A DNA stretch of 64,000 nucleotides from an uncultured Acidimicrobiales bacterium. Lineage in GTDB: Bacteria > Actinomycetota > Acidimicrobiia > Acidimicrobiales > SZUA-35. The notes beneath the pieces were generated by a model that saw only the letters and a program-made list of their open reading frames with translations, made no database searches and was not told the origin of the DNA. Shown piece by piece: positions 1 through 10,253 of the stretch (its first letter is position 1; every line of letters begins with the position of its first letter). The stretch covers positions 191,624 to 255,623 of the forward strand of contig CAVOQQ010000002.1 in the NCBI GenBank assembly GCA_963698395.1. Reading direction: 5' to 3'. Both the position numbers and the translations under genes were made by a program.

Positions 1-299
1 AGCAGCACGATGCCATCGACCATGGTGAGCGCCCGCTCGACCTCGCCACCGAAGTCGGCGTGGCCCGGGGTGTCGACGATGTTGAGCGTGATGCCGTTCC
101 AGACCACCGAGGTGTTCTTGGCCAGGATCGTGATGCCCTTCTCCTTCTCGAGGTCGCCGGAGTCCATGACCCGGTCGGTCACGGCTTCGTTGACTCGGAA
201 GGCTCCCGTCTGCCGGAGCATGGCGTCGACCAGTGTGGTCTTGCCGTGGTCAACGTGAGCCACGATGGCCACGTTGCGAAGATCAGAGCGCGTCGCCAT
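1..299 (-). CDS. typA: Translational GTPase TypA/BipA, N-terminal part (runs off the window edge)
   Basis: Manual translation from ATG at 299: [30 protein letters not shown]...[17 protein letters not shown]...[14 protein letters not shown]. Not in the ORF track. Confidence 0.95.
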   Translation of the reverse strand, partial: MATRSDLRNVAIVAHVDHGKTTLVDAMLRQTGAFRVNEAVTDRVMDSGDLEKEKGITILAKNTSVVWNGITLNIVDTPGHADFGGEVERALTMVDGIVL

Positions 300-411
300 T
301 GCGGCTACCTCAGATGTGTACTAGGGGACACACCAGGCTATCGGTGTTGGTAGGGATCGGCTCTTGGCTGTTCGGCACCGTCGTGAGCCGTCCGCCTCAG
401 CGAACCCCAGC

Positions 412-1281
412 TCAGTCGTCGATTGCCCAGAGTCGGACCCAGCCGCTCTCGACCTCGAGTTCGGCCGTCTCGTAGCCTTCCTCGCCTGGTAGCACGACGT
501 GGTAGGCCCCGTTGGGGTCGATCACGCGTACCCGCTGGTAGGGGAGTCGGCGAGCGGCGGCGCCCATGACCTCGTCGGCGGTGTCGAAGCGGCCGAGGCA
601 CGCCACCATGCGCACGGTCGGCGAGATCATCTCGAACTCGCCGCTGCTCCAGCGCTCGAGCGCATCGGCCGGCCGGATCCACTCCCACGCAACGATTTCT
701 CCCTCATCGTGCTCGGGGACCTGGTCGACCGGGGCGTGGGCCACGAAGAAACGGGCGTCGAATCGTCGGGGCGACCCCACGGGAGTGATGAAGCGTGCGA
801 CCTCCTCGATGCCCGACGCGTCGAGTGTGATGCCGTGTTCGAGCACCAGGTCGGCAAAGACCGTTTCGTCTTCGCGAACCCGACGCCGCATCTCGACGAG
901 ATCGACGTCGGCGTCGCCGGCGGCCAGGAGCAGGCCGGCCTCTTCGAACGTTTCTCGACAGGCAGCGAGCCACCACGCCAGTCCGCCCGAGGGGACGTCG
1001 AGAATGGACGTGGCCTCGGCATCGGTCAGGCCGGTGAACATGGTGTCGAAGTCGTCATGATGATCTTCCGGGTCGACCCGACCGCCTGGGAACACCCATG
1101 CGGCAGGGGCGAACACCAATCGAGCCGTCCGTCGCAGCATCAGGACATGGAGCGAATCCCGCCCGTCGGGGTCGGGCCGGTCGGCGAGCAACATGACGGT
1201 GGCTGCGTGCGAGACGGGCACCGCGTGGGGATCGAACTTGGGGACAGGATCGTTCACTCCGCCCGATGACTGCTTGCTCAT
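412..1281 (-). CDS. NUDIX hydrolase (Nudt19-like)
   Basis: AATVMLL, VFPGGRVD, AACRETFEEAGL and RRFDARFF motifs. Confidence 0.85.
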   Translation of the reverse strand: MSKQSSGGVNDPVPKFDPHAVPVSHAATVMLLADRPDPDGRDSLHVLMLRRTARLVFAPAAWVFPGGRVDPEDHHDDFDTMFTGLTDAEATSILDVPSGGLAWWLAACRETFEEAGLLLAAGDADVDLVEMRRRVREDETVFADLVLEHGITLDASGIEEVARFITPVGSPRRFDARFFVAHAPVDQVPEHDEGEIVAWEWIRPADALERWSSGEFEMISPTVRMVACLGRFDTADEVMGAAARRLPYQRVRVIDPNGAYHVVLPGEEGYETAELEVESGWVRLWAIDD

Positions 1282-1318
1282 GAGGCAGACCCTAGGTCGC
1301 TCGACTAGAACTCACCGC

Positions 1319-2488
1319 ATGCGTCCTCTCGAGGGAATCCGAATCGTCGAAGCCGCCCAGATGATTTCCGCTCCGCTGGCGGCATCCCTCCTGAGCGACC
1401 AGGGGGCCGACGTGATCAAGGTCGAGTCGGCCAACGGTGATCACATGCGCGAACTCGGTGACGTTCGCAACGGGATGGGCTCGGTGTTCGCTCTGTGCAA
1501 TCGAGGCAAGCGGTCGATCGCACTCGACACCAAACATGCCGAAGGCCTCGAAGTCATGCGGCGGCTGATCGGCTCGGCCGATGTGTTCCTCCAGAACTTC
1601 CGGCCCGGTGCCGTCGACCGTCTGGGTATCGGCCCCGAGGCGATGTTGGCGGCCAATCCGCGTCTGATCTACGTCTCGGTGTCGGGATTCGGAGCCGATG
1701 GGCCCTATGCCGATCAGAAGGTCTACGACTACGTCATCCAGGGGGTGTCGGGCATGGCGGCGGTCGAGGGGGGAGGCGGCGACCCGGTCCTCACGAAGAA
1801 CCTCGTGATCGACAAGGCAACGGCGCTCACCGTGGCCCAGGCGATCAGTTCTGCCCTCTTCGCTCGCGAGCGCAGCGGGACCGGGCAGCGGATCGACATC
1901 AGCATGCTCGACGCGGGGCTGCAGTTCCTTTGGCCCGACGGCATGTGGAACGACACGCTCCTCGGTGACGACGTCGAGCGCACCCCTCCGCTCTCGCTCA
2001 ACTACGCACCTCGCCGTACCGCCGATGGCTGGATCACCCTCAACTTGTCGACCAACAACACCTGGCGCCACCTGGCAACGGCCGTCGACGCGTCACTGCT
2101 CGATGACCCCCGGTTCGCCACGTACTCGCTGCGAGGCGAACATGCCAACGCCTTGGCCGAGACGGTCGACGCCTTCCTGTCGGAGCTCGACAGTGCCACG
2201 GTGATCAAGCGGATGCGGGAGCACGACGTGCCCTGTGGGCCGGTGGTGCCCATCGACCGGGTCCACGTCGACCCACAGGTGGTGCACAACCGGTCGGTCG
2301 TCGAGGTCGACGACGGGGTGATCGGGCCCAGGCGCGAGCCTCGACCGGCGGCCCGTTTCGGCGGTGTGCGCTCGGACCCGGCCGGTGCTGCTCCCGAGCT
2401 GGGCGAGCACGCCGACGAGGTTCTGGCAGAAGCGGGCTACTCACCGGAACAGATCGTCGCCTTGCGGGAGGCCAACGTCCTCGGTTGA
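1319..2488 (+). CDS. CaiB/BaiF family III CoA-transferase
   Basis: MRPLEGIRIVE, GADVIKVE, NRGKRSIALD, NFRPG and APELGEH motifs. Confidence 0.92.
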   Translation: MRPLEGIRIVEAAQMISAPLAASLLSDQGADVIKVESANGDHMRELGDVRNGMGSVFALCNRGKRSIALDTKHAEGLEVMRRLIGSADVFLQNFRPGAVDRLGIGPEAMLAANPRLIYVSVSGFGADGPYADQKVYDYVIQGVSGMAAVEGGGGDPVLTKNLVIDKATALTVAQAISSALFARERSGTGQRIDISMLDAGLQFLWPDGMWNDTLLGDDVERTPPLSLNYAPRRTADGWITLNLSTNNTWRHLATAVDASLLDDPRFATYSLRGEHANALAETVDAFLSELDSATVIKRMREHDVPCGPVVPIDRVHVDPQVVHNRSVVEVDDGVIGPRREPRPAARFGGVRSDPAGAAPELGEHADEVLAEAGYSPEQIVALREANVLG

Positions 2489-2502
2489 CGACCGTGTTGC
2501 TC

Positions 2503-3177
2503 TCAGGTGGCGGCGTCGACCTTCATGAGCAGGGTTGCAGAGTCGTTGGCTCCGGCGGCGACGCGATCCCACGATTCGTTGCCGGGGGAGCCGGGTGCGA
2601 TGCCCGAGGGAGCGGTCAGCGAGTAGAGCCGGAACTGCAGATCCCGGGTGCCGGTGGCCAGGGTCTCGATGCAGGGATTGCCGTAGCCGAGCTGGCCGTA
2701 GTCGTTGAGGGTCTCGATCGCGGCGGTTGCACCGGCCGCATCGAGCGAGGTGATCGACGGGTCGAGACCGACGACGAGCCACAGCAGCAGGGGGTTGGCC
2801 GGGTCGGTCTGGTCGCTCAGGCTCACTGCCCACTCGGCCGTGCCGACGTCGGGATCGGCCGTCCCCTCCCACTCGAGCGCCGGCGGTTGGTTGTCGCCGG
2901 CACAGGTCGTCTCGATCGGAGCGAAGTCACCGGGGGCGAAGTCGGGGCTCATGAGCTTCAGCCCGTTTGCGCCTTCGGACTCCGGCGGTGCCGAGGTCGG
3001 CGGAAGGGGCCGGGTCGTGGTGGTCTGCCAGGGCCGAGCGTCGGCGAGTTCTCGACCATCGGAGGCGCACCCAGCGGCAAGACCGCTGCAGAGGGCCAGC
3101 GAGCAGAGGGTCGCAGCCATGGCGATCGGGTGACGAGCGGCGGAGTCTCGGCGATGGCGTGGCATCAAGCGGGGCAC
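2503..3177 (-). CDS. YbhB/YbcL (PEBP-like) lipoprotein
   Basis: Lipobox LAAGC, LMSPDF..G..P...TC.G.N.PP.LEW, and C-terminal FRLYSL; several canonical residues diverged. Confidence 0.65.
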   Translation of the reverse strand: MPRLMPRHRRDSAARHPIAMAATLCSLALCSGLAAGCASDGRELADARPWQTTTTRPLPPTSAPPESEGANGLKLMSPDFAPGDFAPIETTCAGDNQPPALEWEGTADPDVGTAEWAVSLSDQTDPANPLLLWLVVGLDPSITSLDAAGATAAIETLNDYGQLGYGNPCIETLATGTRDLQFRLYSLTAPSGIAPGSPGNESWDRVAAGANDSATLLMKVDAAT

Positions 3178-3278
3178 AGGACGAGAGGGTAGTGGTGGCT
3201 ACGATGCTGGCGAGGTCATGTCCACCGAGCAGGTCATGTCGAACACTCGGTCTCGGCCGGGGAGCGACCGGGGAGAGC

Positions 3279-4535
3279 GTGTTGTCGATCATCAGCGCGA
3301 GGCTCGCGGACCGAAGGTGGCGCCCCCTGCGCAGCTTCCTCGGCCCGGCGCGCGATGATGCAGCCCAGAGTCTGGTCGCCCTCCTGCTCTCGGCGACGAC
3401 GAGCCTGATCACCGGTTTCACCATCGCCGCCTTCGAATCCAAGTTCCGAGAGTTTCCGGGCCTGCTGCTGTTCATTCCCGCGGCGATCGGCCTCAATGGC
3501 AACGTCTTCGGGCCGCTCGGTGGGCGGCTCTCGACGGCGATCCGCATGGGCACGCTGCACTGGACGTGGCGGCCCGATTCGGTGCTCGGTCAGAACGTGC
3601 TGGCCGCACTGATGTCGTCTCTCGGCGCCGCCGTGGTACTCAGCTTCTTCGCCGAAGGGTTCGTGTTGCTGGTGCGCAACGAGGGCACGGCACCGATCGG
3701 CCTGGCCGACTTCATCGTCGTTTCGGTGTTGGGCGGTCTGATGGCGGCCATGGTGGTGCTCGCCATCACCCTCGGCCTGGCCGTCGGTTCGGCGAGATTC
3801 GGCTGGGACCTCGACAACGTGACGGCACCGCTCGTCTCGGCTTCGGGCGACTTCGTGACCTTGCCGGCCCTGCTGATCGCCACCACGTTCATCCAGCGGG
3901 GTCGTGTCACCGAGTTGATGGCTGGATCGTTCGTGTTCGTCGCCCTGGTGGCTGGGTTGTTGCTGGTCCGATCGAACTTCGGCCTCTGCAAGCGCATCGC
4001 GCTCGAATCGCTGCCGGTCCTGGTGGTGGCCGGCAGCATGAGCCTCGTTGCCGGGCTCCTTCTCGAACAGTCGATCGATCAGTTCCTCACCTACACGGTG
4101 CTGCTCGTGATGCTGCCCGGCTTCTTGAGCGCCGCCGGTGCCCTCGGTGGCATCCTCTCGAGTCGACTCGCCACCAAGGTGCATCTCGGATTCATCGAGC
4201 GTGCCTGGATTCCCGAGGGAGAGGCCCGGGAAGACATCAAGATCGCCTTCGTCCTTGCCCTGCCGATCTTCGGCTATGTCTCGTTGACGGCGGCCGTGGT
4301 CGGCGGCTGGTTCGGCAAGACGTCGCCAGGAGCGCTCGATCTGTTCCTCGTTGCGGTGACCGGCGGTCTCGTGGTCACGGCGTTCGTGGCCGTCATCGCC
4401 TACTACGGCACGTTGCTGGTCGTTCGGTTCGGCCTCGATCCTGACAACCACGGCATCCCGTTGGTGTCGGCGAGCCTCGACGTGATCGGCGCGTCGACCT
4501 TCGTCGCGGCGCTGATGCTCTGGGGCGTGGCATGA
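3279..4535 (+). CDS. MgtE/SLC41-type divalent cation transporter with two membrane repeats
   Basis: Highly hydrophobic; repeated GWDLDNVTAPLVSASGD and GLDPDNHGIPLVSASLD motifs. Start approximate. Confidence 0.85.
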   Translation: MLSIISARLADRRWRPLRSFLGPARDDAAQSLVALLLSATTSLITGFTIAAFESKFREFPGLLLFIPAAIGLNGNVFGPLGGRLSTAIRMGTLHWTWRPDSVLGQNVLAALMSSLGAAVVLSFFAEGFVLLVRNEGTAPIGLADFIVVSVLGGLMAAMVVLAITLGLAVGSARFGWDLDNVTAPLVSASGDFVTLPALLIATTFIQRGRVTELMAGSFVFVALVAGLLLVRSNFGLCKRIALESLPVLVVAGSMSLVAGLLLEQSIDQFLTYTVLLVMLPGFLSAAGALGGILSSRLATKVHLGFIERAWIPEGEAREDIKIAFVLALPIFGYVSLTAAVVGGWFGKTSPGALDLFLVAVTGGLVVTAFVAVIAYYGTLLVVRFGLDPDNHGIPLVSASLDVIGASTFVAALMLWGVA

Positions 4536-5761
4536 TCGCACGGATGGAATCGCGCAATCTCCGAGAAATGCTCGCCGAGGCCAAGGACTCGAGCGAGCTC
4601 ATGGTCGACCTGGCCTACGCCGCTCTGTACTTCGACGACGCCGACATGGCCGACGAAGTCGACGGCCTCGAAGTCGAGATCTCCGGACTGGTGCACCGTA
4701 TGCGTACCCTGTGCATCGTTGCGGTTCGCAACCCCCGAGAGGCCGAGGCCATGGCCTCGGTGCTGCAGGTCATCTCGGCGCTCGAGCGCATCGCCAACGA
4801 TGCGGTCGACATCGCCCGGATCGTCACTCGGCGTCTCGGGATTCCTCGCGAGCTCGTGATGGACCTGACCGATGCCGAGGAGATCTCGCATCGAGTCGAG
4901 GTGGCTGGTGGCTCGCACTTCGCCAATCGCCCGGTCTCGGCGTTCGAACTTCCCGTCGTCACCGGCATGCGCATCATGGCCATTCGGCGAGCTCGCTCGT
5001 GGCTGGTCGATCCTGGCGGTGACGAGATCCTGCAGTCGGGCGACGTGCTCTTCCTCCGAGGATCGCCCGACGGTATTCCTCGCTTGCGGGAGCTGGCGGG
5101 TGCTCCCATGTGGAATCCTCCGCCCCCGGTCGAGTCGGCGGTGCTCACCGATCTCGATCGAGCGGTCGACACCCTGATCGAGATGAAGAACCTCTCCGAG
5201 GTGGCGGTTGGCCTTGCGTACTCGGCGCTCATCTACCGAGACCGCAGTCTGGCAGCCGAGGTCCGCCATCTCGAAGACCGACTCGACGAGATGAATCACC
5301 GACTCGAGCTCTGGGTGTTGCGCTGCGCCACCGATGGAGCCGATCCTGCGCCGCTCCGCGGCCTGCTCCACCTCGGTGCTGCCGCCGAGGACATCGGTGA
5401 TCAGGCTCGGGCCATGGTGTGGATGATCGAGCAGTCGACCGAGTTGCATCCGGTGCTCGGTATTGCGCTGGGTGACACCGACGACGTGGTGGTTCGGATG
5501 CCGGTGGCTGTCGGTGCCGCCGTGCATCGACGGACGTTGGCCGAACTCGAGCTGCCGATCGAGCCCGGCTTCAACATCTTGGCCATCGAGCGCGAAGGCC
5601 GCTACTGGTACCGACCCCGCAAGCACGTCGAACTCCGTGAAGGAGATCTCGTGCTCGCCTCTGGCCCCGAGGAGGGGCGCTCGGCACTCGCCGAGCTCCT
5701 CGGCTGGCGCTACGAAGAAGACGACGACGGCGAAGTCGAGCTCACGCCGCTCACGCCCTGA
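4532..5761 (+). CDS. (PhoU-like + TrkA-C/RCK_C) x2 regulatory protein
   Basis: Duplicated helical 'KDSSELMVDLAYAAL' / 'KNLSEVAVGLAYSAL' segments, each followed by a TrkA-C-like 'GMRIMAIRR..L.SGDVL' segment; ATGA overlap with the transporter. Confidence 0.8.
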   Translation: MIARMESRNLREMLAEAKDSSELMVDLAYAALYFDDADMADEVDGLEVEISGLVHRMRTLCIVAVRNPREAEAMASVLQVISALERIANDAVDIARIVTRRLGIPRELVMDLTDAEEISHRVEVAGGSHFANRPVSAFELPVVTGMRIMAIRRARSWLVDPGGDEILQSGDVLFLRGSPDGIPRLRELAGAPMWNPPPPVESAVLTDLDRAVDTLIEMKNLSEVAVGLAYSALIYRDRSLAAEVRHLEDRLDEMNHRLELWVLRCATDGADPAPLRGLLHLGAAAEDIGDQARAMVWMIEQSTELHPVLGIALGDTDDVVVRMPVAVGAAVHRRTLAELELPIEPGFNILAIEREGRYWYRPRKHVELREGDLVLASGPEEGRSALAELLGWRYEEDDDGEVELTPLTP

Positions 5762-5782
5762 CGGGACCGGCGGCGCACTGGA

Positions 5783-6931
5783 TCAGCCCGGAGGAAGTTG
5801 GCCTGGAGGAGGCGGGGGCGCAACCTGGCGTTGTGCGGGGATCGGTCGAGCCGGTGCCGCATCACGTGGTTGGGTCGGTTGGCGTGGTCCGCTGGCCGTC
5901 GGCGCCGATGGTCGTGCCGGGGCCTGCGTGCGCGGTGCCGGGGCGACCGCAGCCGCCGGCGGTGGGGCGGGCTTTGCGGTCTGGGGGCCGAAGCTGCCGC
6001 CGAAGAGCTCGGCGATCCCCCCGATGGCTCCCATCGACGAGCTCATGTCGGCGGGAAGGAAGATCTTGGTGGCGTTGCCATCGGCGATGGCCTTCAACGA
6101 CTCGAGGTACTTGATGGCAACGACACGATCGTCGGTACCGGAGTCGAGGATGGCGGTGTAGACCGAGCGGATGGCATTGGCCTCGCCTTGGGCCACCACC
6201 TGCTGGCGGAACTGCTCGGCCTCGGCCCGGGTGCGGACGGCCTGTGCTTCACCTTCGGCGTTCAGGATGTCTTTCTGGCGCTGACCCTCGGCGGTGAGAA
6301 TGGCCGATTCCTTCTCACCCTGCGCTCGGGTGATGGCAGCTTCACGCGAACCCTCGGCCTCGGTCACGACGGCACGCCGGGTTCGCTCTGCCTTCATCTG
6401 TTCGTGCATGGCGTGCATGACATCGGCCGGAGGATCGATGCGCTGGATCTCGACACGAACCACTCGCACGCCCCACTTGTCGGTGGCGTCATCGAGAATC
6501 TGGCGAAGGGCGGCGTTCACTCGTTCGCGGGAGGTGAAGGCTTCGTCGAGGCTCATCTCGCCGATGACGTTTCGAAGGTTGGTCTGGGCCAGCTTGGTGA
6601 CGGCGAGGACGAAGTTCGAGATGTTGTACAGCAGTCGCTGCGGGTCGGTCGGCTCGAAGTAGACGACGGCGTCGACGGAAACGGCCACGTTGTCTTGGGT
6701 GATGACTTCCTGCGGCGGAACGTCGATCACCTGCTCACGCATGTCGACCTTCTTCAGCGACTCGACGAACGGCAGGATGACCCGCAAGCCGGGATCGGCG
6801 GTGTCCTTGTAGCGGCCGAGACGCTCGACCACGCCCCGCTGGTAGGGGCGGACGATCTTGACGCCGGCGGCGACGTACACGAAAGCGAAGATCGCAATGA
6901 TGAACAAGAGGGACAAGAGGGCCGGGACCAT
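5783..6931 (-). CDS. SPFH/stomatin (QmcA-like) protein with Pro-rich tail
   Basis: VVERLGRY, PPQEVITQDNV.VSVDAV and QMKAER.RRA motifs. Confidence 0.93.
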   Translation of the reverse strand: MVPALLSLLFIIAIFAFVYVAAGVKIVRPYQRGVVERLGRYKDTADPGLRVILPFVESLKKVDMREQVIDVPPQEVITQDNVAVSVDAVVYFEPTDPQRLLYNISNFVLAVTKLAQTNLRNVIGEMSLDEAFTSRERVNAALRQILDDATDKWGVRVVRVEIQRIDPPADVMHAMHEQMKAERTRRAVVTEAEGSREAAITRAQGEKESAILTAEGQRQKDILNAEGEAQAVRTRAEAEQFRQQVVAQGEANAIRSVYTAILDSGTDDRVVAIKYLESLKAIADGNATKIFLPADMSSSMGAIGGIAELFGGSFGPQTAKPAPPPAAAVAPAPRTQAPARPSAPTASGPRQPTQPRDAAPARPIPAQRQVAPPPPPGQLPPG

Positions 6932-6997
6932 GGGAATTTCCTTCTGACTGATGGAGATGGATGACGTTCGGTGGGCGGAGGGCTCACCGGTGACGGC

Positions 6998-7483
6998 TCA
7001 GGAGGGACCGAGCGGTCCGAGGCCGTGAGAGGCCGTGGGTTGCACCACGATACGCGTGCCTTCGACCGCAGTGATGGTGACGGGCGTGCCGACGGGAACG
7101 CCCATGCCATGGACGCCGTTGGCTGCCCATTCTTCGCCGCTGACCTTGACCCGTCCGGTATCGGCGGTGCCGCCGGGGATGGCCGTGATGACGACGCCGT
7201 TGGCGCCGATGAGGCGATTGGCGCCGAAGCCCTTGGGGTTCGGGAGTTGGGCATCGAGTTTGGCGGCGAGTGGCTTGAGTGCCAGGAACGAGGCGCCCGA
7301 GCCGACGAGAAAGAGCAGCCAACCAACCAGGATCGGCGCCCCGAGCAGGCTGACGACCGCCGCGAGCAGAGCGCCGATGGCAAAGGGCATGAGGAAGAAC
7401 GAGCCGGCTATGGCGATTTCGCCTGCGCCGAACGCGGCGGCCACCACGAGCCAGATGATGCCCCAAGTTACTGGACTGTCCAC
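6998..7483 (-). CDS. NfeD family membrane protein
   Basis: N-terminal TM helices plus GRVKVSGEEWAA OB-fold; lies next to the SPFH gene; AAGGAG RBS before GTG at 7483. Confidence 0.88.
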   Translation of the reverse strand: MDSPVTWGIIWLVVAAAFGAGEIAIAGSFFLMPFAIGALLAAVVSLLGAPILVGWLLFLVGSGASFLALKPLAAKLDAQLPNPKGFGANRLIGANGVVITAIPGGTADTGRVKVSGEEWAANGVHGMGVPVGTPVTITAVEGTRIVVQPTASHGLGPLGPS

Positions 7484-7590
7484 GTATCCCACTCCTTGTT
7501 CACTGCGACCCTAGTAACGACGGTCGTGCACGTGGTGGTTCCCACAGAATCGAGAAACTGGTTCCGGACCGAGAGGGTTATCGTTTCTGG

Positions 7591-8454
7591 ATGGCACGGT
7601 TGCTCTCGGTCCACGCCCATCCTGACGATGAAGCCTCGAAAGGCGCGCCCACGGTCGCTCGCTCGGTGAGTGAGGGACACGAGGCCTCTCTCGTGTGCGC
7701 CACCGGCGGCGAAGCGGGCGACATCCTCAATCCGGTGATGGATCGAGAGGACGTTCGAGCCAATCTGACCGCCATTCGGCGCTCCGAACTCCATGCGTCG
7801 GTCAAGGCGATCGGCTATCACCGGCTCGAGTGGCTCGGCTATCGAGACTCGGGCATGCCCGACACCGAGCCGAATACCCACCCGTCATGCTTTGCCCAGG
7901 CCGACCTCGACGAGGCGACGGGGCGCTTGGTCGAGATCGTTCGCCGGCTGCGCCCGCACGTGATCCTCACCTACGCCGATGATCAACAGGGTTATCAGCA
8001 CCCGGATCACCTCCGAGTGCACGACATCAGCGTGCTGGCGTTCGATCGCGCCGCCGATCCCGACTGGTACCCGGCGCTCGGTGATCCATGGCAGCCGCTC
8101 AAGTTGTATTACTCGGTATGGAGCCGCGCGCGCATGCTGGCACATCACCAGAAGTTCTCCGACCTCGACCTCGAATCGCCCTACAGCGACGAACGCTGGT
8201 TCAAGCGGCCTTCGCTCGACCACCGCATCACCACCAAGATCGAGATCGCCGACTTCTACGCCGTTCGGCGGGCGGCGTTGCTCGCTCACGCCACCCAGAT
8301 CGATCCGGCCGCATCGTTCTGGTTCGGGCTGACCGACGAGGACTCCGTCGATGCGTACCCCTATGACGACTACATCCTCGCCCGGTCGCTGGTGGGAGAC
8401 ATTCCCACCGAAGACGATCCCGAGACGAGCCTGTTCGAGGGAGTGAACGACTGA
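7591..8454 (+). CDS. mca: Mycothiol conjugate amidase
   Basis: VHAHPDDEASKGA, LGYRDSG, GYQHPDH and ALLAHATQIDP motifs. Confidence 0.9.
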   Translation: MARLLSVHAHPDDEASKGAPTVARSVSEGHEASLVCATGGEAGDILNPVMDREDVRANLTAIRRSELHASVKAIGYHRLEWLGYRDSGMPDTEPNTHPSCFAQADLDEATGRLVEIVRRLRPHVILTYADDQQGYQHPDHLRVHDISVLAFDRAADPDWYPALGDPWQPLKLYYSVWSRARMLAHHQKFSDLDLESPYSDERWFKRPSLDHRITTKIEIADFYAVRRAALLAHATQIDPAASFWFGLTDEDSVDAYPYDDYILARSLVGDIPTEDDPETSLFEGVND

Positions 8455-8804
8455 TGGGCAACTTCGATCAAGCCTTTGCCGACGCGCTCGTTGCGGCAAC
8501 CGCCGACCGGGCCGATGCGGCCGGACTCGGCGGCATCGTCGAGCTTGCCATCGGCAAGACCAAATCGGTGGTGCTCGAACTCGTCGATGGTCGGGTGATC
8601 GGTGTTGCCGAGGGTGTCGGACCTGGCGAGGCGAACGTACGGATTCCGTTCACCGGTGCCCAGCGTGCGGCTTGGCTTGCCGGTGAATTCGGCCTCATGC
8701 AGGCCTACATGCGAGGCGATCTCAAGCCAGAGGGACGTTCCGGCGATCTGCTCGCCGCCCTGGAACTGCTCGACGACCCTGCGGTCTACCGTCAACTGTC
8801 GTGA
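8454..8804 (+). CDS. SCP2 sterol-binding-like domain protein
   Basis: MQAYMRGDLKPEG motif; start overlaps the mca stop. Confidence 0.7.
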   Translation: MGNFDQAFADALVAATADRADAAGLGGIVELAIGKTKSVVLELVDGRVIGVAEGVGPGEANVRIPFTGAQRAAWLAGEFGLMQAYMRGDLKPEGRSGDLLAALELLDDPAVYRQLS

Positions 8805-8838
8805 TGGCGTCTCGAGCCAACTTCCTACCGGCTCGGGT

Positions 8839-9678
8839 TCACACCGGCGAGAGCGCTCGTTGGGCGTCTCGCAGTTCGCGGTAACCGATCATCACGGCCC
8901 CGGATGACTCGAGCAGCCTGCGGAACGCCGAGTCGTTGGTGATCAGGTGGGCATCGCCCACGTTGGCTGCCCAGTTCGGTGTGATCGCTCGCAGCTCGGG
9001 GGTGTCGGTGGCTGGACGGACGTGCAGTTCGGTGACGCCGGGCTCGAGATCGTTGATGGCGGTTTGCAGGCGGTTTCTGGCCTCTTGTCCTGGCGGCACG
9101 ACGACGGTGTGGTCGGGAAGGAGCACGCCCTCTTCCGCGGCAAGACTGCGGGCGGGAAACCCGAGGTCGACACGGGGATCGGGGAGGCTGATGGGGAGCC
9201 GGAACTCGTAGGCCAGGTCGAGGTAGATGTCGAAGAACTCCGGACGGCTGTAGAGCGTGCCGAGATGGGCGTCGAGGTGGGAGACGTCGAAGCCCCACAG
9301 CACCGCTCGCTCGACCTGGGCTCGGCACTCGCGCAGCACCTCCTCGGTGTCGGCGTGGTCCCACAGGTCGGCCGCCGTGCGGGGGAGTCCGCCGTCGCCA
9401 TCGAGGAGTGAGGGCGCGTGGGTGAGCGGGCCCCAGCGATAGTGCTCGTGCTCGCTGTTGAGCGTGAGCGACACGCCGACGTCTTCGCCGCCGTATTCCG
9501 CTGCTGCCCCTCGAGCCCAGGGGCAGGGCATCTGGATGGCGGCGGTGGTGCCCAGACCATTGCGGAGGGCGTCGTAGACGCCGCGGTTGGCTGCGTTGGA
9601 TGAACCGAGGCCGTCACACGTCACGATCACCAGACGGGCGTCGGCTGGTTGCCCAAGACATTCCAGTACAGAGGTCAC
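8839..9678 (-). CDS. YdjC/ChbG-family carbohydrate deacetylase-like protein
   Basis: LVIVTCDGLG, SHLDAHLG and GVTELHVRP motifs; some catalytic residues diverged. Confidence 0.8.
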   Translation of the reverse strand: MTSVLECLGQPADARLVIVTCDGLGSSNAANRGVYDALRNGLGTTAAIQMPCPWARGAAAEYGGEDVGVSLTLNSEHEHYRWGPLTHAPSLLDGDGGLPRTAADLWDHADTEEVLRECRAQVERAVLWGFDVSHLDAHLGTLYSRPEFFDIYLDLAYEFRLPISLPDPRVDLGFPARSLAAEEGVLLPDHTVVVPPGQEARNRLQTAINDLEPGVTELHVRPATDTPELRAITPNWAANVGDAHLITNDSAFRRLLESSGAVMIGYRELRDAQRALSPV

Positions 9679-9692
9679 CAAATGTACGGTAC

Positions 9693-10253
9693 TCAGTCGA
9701 GCGGTTGATCCGGTCCGTCGCAGTGGGACCACAGGCCGTCGCCTCGGGACCGTGCTCCCGCCTCGGCTCGTGCGAACCTCGCGGCGAGTCGATCGTTGGG
9801 GGCGTAGGCCACGGCGTTGGCGTAGCCCGAGCTCACCATCCACTCGTTGACGAACAACTGGTCGCCGGCTCGATGGACGTACAGGAGGAGGCGGCCGTAG
9901 CGATCGCGAGCTTCGGTGTCTCGCTCGACGGTGACCGGCGAGTCGACCGGGAGCAGACCACGCAGCGCTTCGGTTGCCTCGGCCCCGAAACATTGGTCGG
10001 GCGTGGAGCTCGACACGGACTCAGGGGTGTCGATGCCGAGCAACCGTACTCGTTCGGTGACACCCTCGAAGTCGAGATCGAGGGTGTCACCGTCGACGAT
10101 GTTGGCCACGATCCCCACCGGGGCCTCGGGGCTTTGCGAGGCGATCGGCTCTCGAGCCGAGCCGACGCAGCCGGTGGCCAGAACGGCGGCGATCGCCGTG
10201 ACGAGGAATCGACTAGATCCGCTCGATGATGGTTCCTGTTCCAATTCCGCCAC
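9693..10253 (-). CDS. Thermonuclease (SNase) family lipoprotein
   Basis: IVDGDTL, VRLLGIDTPE and DRYGRLLLYV motifs; lipobox LATGC. Start uncertain because it overlaps the thiolase end. Confidence 0.88.
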   Translation of the reverse strand: MAELEQEPSSSGSSRFLVTAIAAVLATGCVGSAREPIASQSPEAPVGIVANIVDGDTLDLDFEGVTERVRLLGIDTPESVSSSTPDQCFGAEATEALRGLLPVDSPVTVERDTEARDRYGRLLLYVHRAGDQLFVNEWMVSSGYANAVAYAPNDRLAARFARAEAGARSRGDGLWSHCDGPDQPLD

